Positions 8,873 to 16,493 of a stretch of 64,000 nucleotides of DNA are shown piece by piece. The stretch is from an uncultured Oscillospiraceae bacterium (GTDB taxonomy: Bacteria; Bacillota; Clostridia; Saccharofermentanales; Fastidiosipilaceae). The translations under genes and the position numbers were made by a program. Numbering within the stretch: position 1 is the first letter of the stretch; every line of letters starts with the position of its first letter. Location: positions 2,650-66,649 of the forward strand of contig CAZNNL010000002.1 of NCBI GenBank assembly GCA_964574395.1, read 5' to 3'. The notes beneath the pieces were generated by a model. That model ran no database searches. It was not told the DNA's origin and was given only the letters and a program-made list of their open reading frames with translations.

Positions 8873-11242
8873 ATGGCAGTTAAAAAGAAAAGCAGACCAA
8901 ATAACGTTAAGCAAGCGGTGACACCTCAACAAAAAGAAGAGAAAAGACTTCAAAAGTCACGGAAGTTGTTAAAGGAACGCTTAAGTAGCCGTCAACATGT
9001 GAGTTTTGTGCCACCAAGTGATTATTCCAAGAACCCAGCTTTTATCAATCGAGAACTTAGTTGGTTGCAGTTTGATTTGCGTGTTTTACAGGAAGCAAGA
9101 GATCGCCAAAACCCTCTCATGGAGCGCCTTAGCTTTCTTTCCATTACTGCTAACAACCTAGATGAGTTTTTTATGGTCCGAGTCGCATCCCTCAAAGATA
9201 TGTACAACGCGGATTATGAAGGTGTAGACATCGTTGGTTTGACACCTTTGGAACAATTGAAAGCAATCTCCGAGCAAACACATGCTTTGATGAATCTGAT
9301 GTACTCAACATATTCTAGGACGATTTTACCAGCTTTGAAAAAAGCAGGCATTTATGTCCTGCAGCCTGAACAACTAAGCGCTGCACAAATTAGTGAGTTG
9401 AAGGACTATTTCGATCAGACCATTTACCCGATTTTGACGCCTATGGCTGTAGACAGCGGTCGACCTTTCCCTTTAATTAATAACAAAAGTTTGAATATTT
9501 GTGCAATGCTTGAGCGTGAAGGTGATGAAGAAGAATTGAAGTTTGTTACCATTCAGGTGCCCGGAGTAGTGCCAAGACTCTACCGTTTCCAGACAGAAAC
9601 GGAGCTTGAAGAATTTGATGGAGATGAGGGTAGTGAAGCCGACCTTGATCAGCTTGATGCCGAGCCTACTCCTGTAGTCAAGTATGCCTTTATTACGCTT
9701 GAAGACATCATACGCTTATTTTTGCCAGACTTATTCCCAGGGATGAAAATATTGGCTCAGGGTGTTTATCGTATTTTACGTAATGCTGACTTGGAAATAG
9801 ATGATGAAGATGCTGCTGATTTGTTGATTGAAATAGAAAAACAAATAAGGCTCAGACGATGGGGTGAGGTGATCAGGCTTGAAGCAGAAGCAGGTATGGA
9901 TTATCGCTTACTGAGTAGGCTTTTGCCAAACTTAAAAGTAGACGAAGAAGACGTGTATTTGTTTGACGGACCCTTAGACCTTACTTACTTGAGTAAAATA
10001 CGAGGCGATTCTGCTTTGAAACAGCACAGCCAGTGGTATTATCCGCCCTATACGCCTCAGATTCCTCATCAATTGGAAGCAAGGCGGGCGAGTCTTTTAG
10101 CTAAAGGTGTTGAAGATGCGGATATTTTTGATTTGATCAAAGAGGGTAGCATTTTTATGCATCATCCTTACGACTCATTTGACCCTGTTCTGGAATTCAT
10201 CCGGGAAGCAGCAACGGACCCGAATGTCTTGGCCATTAAGCAGACACTCTATCGCATTAGTGGCGACTCTCCAATTATTGGCTACCTGGAAGAAGCCGCA
10301 AAAAACGGCAAACAAGTCCTCGTGCTAGTCGAACTTAAGGCTAGGTTTGATGAAGAAAATAATATTCATTGGGCTAGACGACTTGAAACTGCAGGCTGCC
10401 ATGTAATTTACGGTTTGGTAGGGCTCAAAACACACAGCAAAATCACGCTCGTTGTACGTCAAGAAGCAGACGGCATTCGGCGCTACCTGCATCTGGGTAC
10501 CGGCAACTACAATGACCAAACCGCAAAACTTTATACGGATATGGGTTATTTCGTTTGTAATAGCGAAGTCGGTGAAGACGGTACAGAATTCTTCAACATG
10601 CTTTCCGGATTTGCAGAACCAGATTATTGGAATGCATTAGTCGCCGCTCCGCTATGGCTGAGAGGCACCTTTGAAAAGCTGATTGAACGCGAGATTTTGC
10701 AGGTAAAAGAGGGCGGAGTTGGTCACATACGGGCAAAGATGAACTCTTTAGTCGACGAAGATATGATTAAGCTGCTTTATAAGGCATCTCAAGCAGGCGT
10801 AGAAATCGATTTGATCGTTCGTGGCATCTGTTGCTTGCGTCCAGGTGTTCCAGGACTCTCAGACAACATTCGTGTGCGCTCGTTAGTTGGACGTTATTTG
10901 GAGCATGCTAGAATTTTCTGGTTTTATAATGCTGGCAAAAAAGAAGTCTACCTCGCTTCCGCCGACTGGATGACCCGCAACCTAGACAGACGCGTCGAGC
11001 TCATGTTCCCGATCTTTGAAGAAGAGTGCGTTGCGCTTGTTGAGGAGGTTCTAGACGTTCAAGAAGAAGACACCATCCGCGCTCACTTGATGCAAGCTGA
11101 CGGAAGCTATAAAAAGCCTGACCGCCGTGGAAAGGCCTCGCTCGACTCACAAATCCAAAGTTCCAAGTGGGCTGTGGAACGCGCACCCAAACCAGCGGAC
11201 GTCATGGAAACAAGAATCTTTGTTCCCGCGACAAGCATTTAG
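8873..11242 (+). CDS. ppk: polyphosphate kinase 1
   Basis: FINRELSWLQFDLRVLQEA, the phosphohistidine region LKTHSKITLV and two PLD-like C domains (LGTGNYN, YLEHARIF). Confidence 0.95.
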   Translation: MAVKKKSRPNNVKQAVTPQQKEEKRLQKSRKLLKERLSSRQHVSFVPPSDYSKNPAFINRELSWLQFDLRVLQEARDRQNPLMERLSFLSITANNLDEFFMVRVASLKDMYNADYEGVDIVGLTPLEQLKAISEQTHALMNLMYSTYSRTILPALKKAGIYVLQPEQLSAAQISELKDYFDQTIYPILTPMAVDSGRPFPLINNKSLNICAMLEREGDEEELKFVTIQVPGVVPRLYRFQTETELEEFDGDEGSEADLDQLDAEPTPVVKYAFITLEDIIRLFLPDLFPGMKILAQGVYRILRNADLEIDDEDAADLLIEIEKQIRLRRWGEVIRLEAEAGMDYRLLSRLLPNLKVDEEDVYLFDGPLDLTYLSKIRGDSALKQHSQWYYPPYTPQIPHQLEARRASLLAKGVEDADIFDLIKEGSIFMHHPYDSFDPVLEFIREAATDPNVLAIKQTLYRISGDSPIIGYLEEAAKNGKQVLVLVELKARFDEENNIHWARRLETAGCHVIYGLVGLKTHSKITLVVRQEADGIRRYLHLGTGNYNDQTAKLYTDMGYFVCNSEVGEDGTEFFNMLSGFAEPDYWNALVAAPLWLRGTFEKLIEREILQVKEGGVGHIRAKMNSLVDEDMIKLLYKASQAGVEIDLIVRGICCLRPGVPGLSDNIRVRSLVGRYLEHARIFWFYNAGKKEVYLASADWMTRNLDRRVELMFPIFEEECVALVEEVLDVQEEDTIRAHLMQADGSYKKPDRRGKASLDSQIQSSKWAVERAPKPADVMETRIFVPATSI

Positions 11243-11285
11243 CTTTGGTAGATATTCACTTGGGATTTGACCATTGGCGATTGAG

Positions 11286-11321
11286 CGGTGGATTATATTA
11301 AATCGGTGGACTATATTAAAT
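11286..11321. repeat. two tandem copies of an 18-nt unit
   Basis: CGGTGGATTATATTAAAT followed immediately by CGGTGGACTATATTAAAT, with one mismatch. Confidence 0.8.
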
Positions 11322-11511
11322 TGACAAAAAATCAACCTGTGTGATGATTTTAAACCGTAGACCCTAAATAATTGTCAAAAATGCAAGTTGTACGAACAAT
11401 ATTGGCCTTCTAAGGCCCAAAACCCCCCGATTTCCGTCGTACAACTTGTATATTTGACGAAAAAAACTATCAAATTTGATTTGCCGACGTACAAGCTGTT
11501 TTATTGTCAAA
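11321..11511. repeat. composite inverted-repeat element, copy 1 (four ~23-nt modules, 2 + 2 inverted)
   Basis: Modules lie at 11321-11346 (degenerate), 11372-11395, 11438-11460 and 11485-11511. There is a central GGCCTTCTAAGGCC hairpin. The element is collinear with and homologous to 25275-25463. Confidence 0.75.
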
Positions 11512-11559
11512 TTTTCACTGCTATTCAAGATTAGAACAGTATTTGTTAACTCGCCCCCC

Positions 11560-11588
11560 TTGTTTTTATTGACAAACTGCGCTAGAAT
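11560..11588 (+). promoter_or_regulatory. candidate promoter of the tRNA-Gly/tRNA-Arg unit
   Basis: TTGTTT, a 17-nt spacer, then TAGAAT, ending 20 nt before the tRNA-Gly 5' end. Confidence 0.35.
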
Positions 11589-11607
11589 TTCAAAGGCAAA
11601 AGCAATT

Positions 11608-11681
11608 GCAGGTGTAGTTTAGTGGTAGAACTTCAGCCTTCCAAGCTGACCGTGTGGGTTCGATTCCCATCACCTGCTCCA
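11608..11681 (+). tRNA. tRNA-Gly (anticodon UCC)
   Basis: A 74-nt cloverleaf folded by hand: acceptor GCAGGTG/CACCTGC, anticodon stem TCAGC/GCTGA with loop CTTCCAA, T-loop TTCGATT, encoded CCA. Confidence 0.9.
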
Positions 11682-11713
11682 AGAAACGGCGACAGCGTCG
11701 CCGTTTACAATTT

Positions 11714-11790
11714 GGGTCTATAGCTCAGTTGGATAGAGCAACAGCCTTCTAAGCTGTGGGTCGCACGTTCGAGTCGTGCTAGGCTCACCA
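11714..11790 (+). tRNA. tRNA-Arg (anticodon UCU)
   Basis: A 77-nt cloverleaf: D-arm GCTC-AGTTGGATA-GAGC, anticodon stem ACAGC/GCTGT with loop CTTCTAA, T-arm GCACG-TTCGAGT-CGTGC, encoded CCA. Confidence 0.9.
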
Positions 11791-11816
11791 CCAAAAACTA
11801 GGGTCTAACAGCCCGA

Positions 11817-11843
11817 AAAGCCCACTACGGTGGGCTTTTCTTA
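11817..11843. terminator. bidirectional intrinsic terminator (tRNA unit on + strand, ABC operon on - strand)
   Basis: AAAAGCCCAC-TACG-GTGGGCTTTT hairpin with T-runs on both strands, placed between convergent units. Confidence 0.75.
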
Positions 11844-11909
11844 TGTCCAAACAAAGGTTTTATATGCGACTAGCCAGCCTGTTTTATTTTTTCAACTTAA
11901 CAAACTTAT

Positions 11910-12770
11910 TCAGCGTACACTTGTTTTGCTCTTATGTGAGTGCAAAGTCCAGAAGAGAAGTACAACAGAGACAATAACGAATAGTGGCATCATGCCCATC
12001 CCAATGACACCAGAACTAGGATTAGGCTGTGCGCTTAAGTTTTTTAGATTCTCAAAAGAGGACTCGAAAACAAGACTAAACTGTGTAAAATGCTCGCTAT
12101 CAATAGTGAAGCGTATGCCTAATGGGATAAAAACCATGGCAGCGAAGGCTAAGATTTGCTGAGCAAAGTATAGGATGAAATAAACAATGATAGGGCCACC
12201 CACGCCTAGATGGTGGAAACGAGATTCACTGCCTTTAGCTACACTGAAAAAGATACTAATTAACAGACTAAATGTAGTGAATAGTAAAAGTGCAAGAACA
12301 AGTAACCATGTTACAAGGCTGAAGTTAAAGTTAAAATTCGCATGTATTAGCTTCCCAGCCATAGCGTAAGAGACACCAAAGGGTAGGCCCACCATACTGG
12401 TGGCTAAGGTAAATCTTATGAAGTTGTAAATCATTGGTATTAGAAATAAGAAAGACATGAGCTGGACAAAATAAGCCACGAGAAATTTTGAAGCGAAGAT
12501 TTTAGCGCTACTCGCAGGTATAGTATGTGTAAAGTATGCCTCTTGCCCTGCCATCGTGCGATAATAGCGCATCGTAATGATGATGGTAGGTCCCAAGCCC
12601 ATAACAAGGAACGTTATTATGCTTGTTAGGGTAGAAAATACATTTAGAACACTATTCTGAAACAAGAGGCCTACTAAGGATAAACAGTAGATTAAGATGA
12701 TGCCTCCCCAAATACTGCGTAAACTTTTCCAAAGTTGTTTGACTTCAAAACGCACTAGTTTGTTAAACAT
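11910..12770 (-). CDS. ABC-2-type transporter permease
   Basis: Polytopic membrane protein of about 6 TM helices, translationally overlapping the upstream ABC ATPase gene. This is a typical GntR-ATPase-permease triad. Confidence 0.6.
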   Translation of the reverse strand: MFNKLVRFEVKQLWKSLRSIWGGIILIYCLSLVGLLFQNSVLNVFSTLTSIITFLVMGLGPTIIITMRYYRTMAGQEAYFTHTIPASSAKIFASKFLVAYFVQLMSFLFLIPMIYNFIRFTLATSMVGLPFGVSYAMAGKLIHANFNFNFSLVTWLLVLALLLFTTFSLLISIFFSVAKGSESRFHHLGVGGPIIVYFILYFAQQILAFAAMVFIPLGIRFTIDSEHFTQFSLVFESSFENLKNLSAQPNPSSGVIGMGMMPLFVIVSVVLLFWTLHSHKSKTSVR

Positions 12771-13462
12771 GCGAATACCTCCCTAAAGTATTGATCGATG
12801 CTTTTATTTTGTTCTTGACGCAAGCTGTCTGCATCCTTATGTAAAATTACTCGCCCCTTGTCTAAAAATATTACTTCGTCCAATATGTTTTCCACATCAG
12901 CTATGAGGTGTGTGGAGATAAGCATCAGGGAATCTTCAGAAAAATTACGGATGATGCCTTCTAGAATAACGCTACGGGCGGCAGGGTCGACACCTGAAAT
13001 CGGCTCATCTAGGAAGTATATTTTAGCTTGTCTAGACATCGCCAAGGCGATTTGTAGCTTTTCTTGTGTGCCCTTTGATAATTCTTTGATGCGCTTACCT
13101 TTTTCAATCTGAAAAAATTGAAGCATCTCTTCAGCTTTAGTAAGATCGAAATCAGAGAAGAAGTCGGCATACTGGCTAAGCACCTCGTAAACAAAATTAT
13201 TTTCATTTAAACTGCTTTTCTCTGGCAAAAAAGACACTAAAGCCTTCGTTTGAACTCCGATTCTCTGTTGAAAAATTTCAACTTTGCCTTGATAGTCACT
13301 TGTAAGCCCGGCAAGAATTTTTAAGAGTGTTGTTTTGCCACAACCATTCGGCCCGAGCAGACCAACAATTCTCCCGCTCTGAATCTGAAGATTAACGTCA
13401 AGTAGAGCTGGCGTTTTTCTATAGTATTTTGAAACATTTGTAATCTCTATACTATTGGACAT
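12755..13462 (-). CDS. ABC transporter ATP-binding protein
   Basis: Walker A GPNGCGKTT, signature LSKGTQEK, Walker B IYFLDEP. Confidence 0.9.
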   Translation of the reverse strand: MSNSIEITNVSKYYRKTPALLDVNLQIQSGRIVGLLGPNGCGKTTLLKILAGLTSDYQGKVEIFQQRIGVQTKALVSFLPEKSSLNENNFVYEVLSQYADFFSDFDLTKAEEMLQFFQIEKGKRIKELSKGTQEKLQIALAMSRQAKIYFLDEPISGVDPAARSVILEGIIRNFSEDSLMLISTHLIADVENILDEVIFLDKGRVILHKDADSLRQEQNKSIDQYFREVFACLTN

Positions 13463-13844
13463 GATTATTTTTTCCCTTCTCCAACCAGTTTTTGGTAAAC
13501 ATGCTCAGGCTTTCATTTAGACTTAAACCTAACTCAGATAAATCTTTGATACAGTCCTTTAGCTTTTCCTCTGCTAGTTTTTCGCGTGTTACAGCGATTA
13601 GCTTGTTATCGTTCGTGATAAAGCGACCACTGGTACGCTCCGATTGTGCCAAACCATCGCGTTCTAACTCGGCTAGTGCACGCTGTACGGTGTTGGGGTT
13701 TACGCCAAATTCAAGCGCTAAATCGCGTACCGAAGGAACTCTTGATCCGGCCTCCCATTGGGAAGAAGCGATGAGTTTTCGGAAATGGTTCAATAATTGC
13801 AGGTAGATAGGGCTATTGCTGTCAAATGCGTATCCCATGCGCAA
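13452..13844 (-). CDS. GntR-family (YtrA-subfamily) transcriptional regulator
   Basis: A short 130-aa protein with a winged HTH: LPSVRDLALEFGVNPNTVQRALAELERDG. Confidence 0.9.
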   Translation of the reverse strand: MRMGYAFDSNSPIYLQLLNHFRKLIASSQWEAGSRVPSVRDLALEFGVNPNTVQRALAELERDGLAQSERTSGRFITNDNKLIAVTREKLAEEKLKDCIKDLSELGLSLNESLSMFTKNWLEKGKNNHVQ

Positions 13845-13858
13845 CTCCTTTGTCTTAC

Positions 13859-13878
13859 TGTATTAATCGATTAGTACA
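13859..13878. promoter_or_regulatory. candidate GntR operator (20-bp near-perfect palindrome)
   Basis: TGTATTAATCGATTAGTACA lies 15 nt upstream of the GntR start and has a TGTA-N12-TACA core. Confidence 0.45.
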
Positions 13879-13925
13879 ATCACACAATAAAGCAATAAAA
13901 ACTTGATGTCAATAGCTTAGAAAAT

Positions 13926-13958
13926 AAAAACAAAAAACGCCCATCTTTCGATGAGCGC
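13926..13958 (-). terminator. intrinsic terminator after the PTS EIICB gene
   Basis: On the minus strand, a GCGCTCATC-GAAA-GATGGGCG imperfect hairpin followed by TTTTTTG. Confidence 0.55.
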
Positions 13959-14000
13959 TTTCTATTTCCAGTGGATTTTTTAGAGCGAGTTGTATGCTTA

Positions 14001-15487
14001 TTAAAGCATTTTCTTGAATTCGTCAGCCACGCTTTGTACTTGTGTACCGATGATGACTTGGACTGAAGTTTTGCTAGGACGAACAACGCCAGCAACGCCA
14101 GCTTGTTTGATCTTTTTCTCGTCTACTAAGAGGTTGTCTTTTACTTCGAGACGCAAACGCGTAATGCAGTTTTCAGCTGAAGTTACGTTATCTTTACCGC
14201 CAACGGCAGAGAGGATAGCAGCAGCGACTTCAGTGAAGTTATCGTTTGCAAGAACTAAAGCTTCTTCGCCAGCAGTCTCATCGTCGTCTTCACGACCAGG
14301 TGTTTTGAGATTGAAAGCTTTGATAACGGCATAGAAAATGACAAAGTAGAGAATTCCAACAACAATACCAATTGGGATAATCATCCAAGGATTGACAGCG
14401 CCTGGTGCTTTAAAGCTTAGGAACCAGTCAACAAATCCGGCGGAGAAGTTAAAGCCAGAGCGGACGGGTAAGAGTGCACAGACGATTGCTGACAAACCTG
14501 TTAGCAGTGCGTGAATGAGGTAGAGACCAGGGGCTAAGAACATGAAAGCAAATTCCAGAGGTTCGGTGATACCCGTAAAGAATGAAGCCAAAGCAGCGGA
14601 GAAGAGCAAACCAGCTGCGATTTTCTTTTTGTTTTCTTTAGCAGTAACATACATGGCTAATGCTGCACCAGGTAAACCGAACATCATGACTGGGAAGAAA
14701 CCTGTCATGTAGATACCAGTAACAGATGTACCAGTTCCTGCGCCTGATGAGGCAATACCGGTAACAACTTCGGAGAATGGTTGGAGGTCTGGACCCCAGA
14801 AACGACCGATGTCATTGATGTTGGCTACGTCAAACCAGAAAACGCTGTTGAGCGCGTGGTGTAGACCGACGGGGATGAGCAAACGGTTGAAGAAGGCATA
14901 GATACCAGCACCAATGGGGCCGAGTGAAATGATGCCTTTGCCGAAATTGACGAGTGCGCCGTAAATTACGGGCCAAGCTAAGTACATGGGAACACAAACG
15001 AGTAAGGTTGTGAAAGCTGTCATAATGGCGACTGAGCGTTTGCCGCTGAAGAAGCCAAAAGCAGGATGTAATTTAACTTGATGGAATTTGTTGTACATGG
15101 CACCACCGATTAAACCGGAGAGGATACCTGTAAATTGTGTATTGATTTTACCAAATGCAGCAGGGACCTCGACGCCTTCGCCGAGATACAGGCCAACTGC
15201 GCCTGCAGAGAGAACAGTAGTTAAGGTTAAGAAAAAAACTAAACCAGCCAAACCTGCTGTTCCGTCATTGTCTTTGGACATACCGACAGCCACACCGACT
15301 GCGAATAGCCATGACATGTTATCGATAATTGCTCCACCGGCTTTTAGCAGAATAGCGCGAGCATGTTATTTGCACCCCAACCAGTTGGGTCAATCCAGTA
15401 ACCAATACCCATGAGAATAGCTGCGACGGGCAGCGCTGCGACAGGGAGCATTAAGGATCTTCCCAGTCTTTGCAGATACTTCATCAT
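14001..15487 (-). pseudogene. PTS glucose/N-acetylglucosamine-family EIICB, frameshifted
   Basis: The main ORF 14001-15317 has an EIIC body and a C-terminal EIIB (ENCITRLRLEV). The canonical N-terminus MMKYLQRLGRSLMLPVAALPVAAILMGIGYWIDPTGWGANN is encoded at 15487-15344 in another frame behind a GAAAGGGG SD and ends at TAA 15346-15344. The frames switch near 15350-15370. Confidence 0.8.
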
Positions 15488-15758
15488 AAAAGAAACCCCT
15501 TTCATTTTGCGGAACCTTTCGCGCTTGTTGAAATTCGCGATATGCCCACCACTGGTAAATTAAGAGCATTCGCCATGGCATATAGACAAATGAATTCACT
15601 TGCAAGATGCCATCATAATAAAAGCTGATAGGATATAACAAAATTAGAAAAGACTGCAAACCCCCTACAGCTCCTCTTTTTATCGCATAGCAAGCAAGGC
15701 AAGTCAATTGATTTTTTATTACAAAATCAGTAAAAAAATTGCCTTCTTTAAGAAAATA

Positions 15759-15800
15759 CAAAAAACACGTTGAATGCCATCAAAATTCGCATTCAACGTG
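15759..15800 (-). terminator. intrinsic terminator after the EIIA gene
   Basis: 12-bp stem CACGTTGAATGC/GCATTCAACGTG followed on the minus strand by TTTTTTG. Confidence 0.8.
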
Positions 15801-15829
15801 CTTATCAAAATGACTAAATTGTGGTGGAC

Positions 15830-16333
15830 TTAGTTTTTCTTAACGGTCATGACAATAGCGTCGGTAGAGACAGTTTTGCCAAAATCATCTTTATTAATTT
15901 CAATAGCAGAAAAGTCCCCTTTGTTCGTCAAAATCATGGGTGTAATTAAGTTATAGCCTTTAGCAGTTAAAGCGTCCAAATCAAATGAAATAAGTAAATC
16001 GCCTGCCTTGACCTGATCGTCAACTTTGACATGTGCCGTAAAGCCAGCGCCATTTTCTTTTACGGTATCCAGACCAATGTGGAAAAGCAGCTCTGCGCCA
16101 CCTGTCGTTGTCAAAGCGACCGCGTGAAGGGTATCAAAAACGAGGGTCATGACACCATCAGCAGGTGCATATAATTTTCCCTCCGTAGGCATAATTGCAA
16201 TTCCAGGACCTAACATTTCTTCGGCAAAAGTAGGGTCTGGTACTTCTTGCACTGCTAAAAAAGTGCCCTTTAGTGGCGCATACAGCTTTTCGCCCTCATC
16301 TTTTGCAAACATCTTTTTTAAACCTTTAAACAT
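15830..16333 (-). CDS. crr: PTS EIIA-Glc component
   Basis: Two-His EIIA-Glc motifs: DTLHAVAL and FHIGLDTVKENGAGF. Confidence 0.9.
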   Translation of the reverse strand: MFKGLKKMFAKDEGEKLYAPLKGTFLAVQEVPDPTFAEEMLGPGIAIMPTEGKLYAPADGVMTLVFDTLHAVALTTTGGAELLFHIGLDTVKENGAGFTAHVKVDDQVKAGDLLISFDLDALTAKGYNLITPMILTNKGDFSAIEINKDDFGKTVSTDAIVMTVKKN

Positions 16334-16493
16334 GGTGGTGTACCCCCGTCTTAAATTTGTTTATTTAACTTGAATGTACTGACAGATTGGAGCCTTGTCA
16401 ATCTTTTTAAGGAAAAAAAGTTAGATTCTCGTAACTTCCTTGCTAAGGGGCTATGCTAGACTGTATAGGTTAAGAAACAATGGGGGATTTTCA

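Noticed and set aside
11830-12162. 110-codon ORF on the plus strand
   Set aside because: It starts inside the bidirectional terminator and runs antisense to the ABC permease gene.
15488-15758. Possible RAT/antiterminator or other riboregulator in the ~270-nt PTS leader
   Set aside because: I found alternative pairings (ATGGCAT/ATGCCAT, TATGCC/GGGCATA) but no RAT-like consensus. I also found no terminator with a T-run before the start codon. Only a candidate TTGACT-17-GATAAA promoter is present.
15390-15761. 123-codon ORF on the minus strand upstream of the PTS gene
   Set aside because: It is out of frame with the recognisable PTS N-terminus that shares the same DNA. It also spans the promoter region and the crr terminator.
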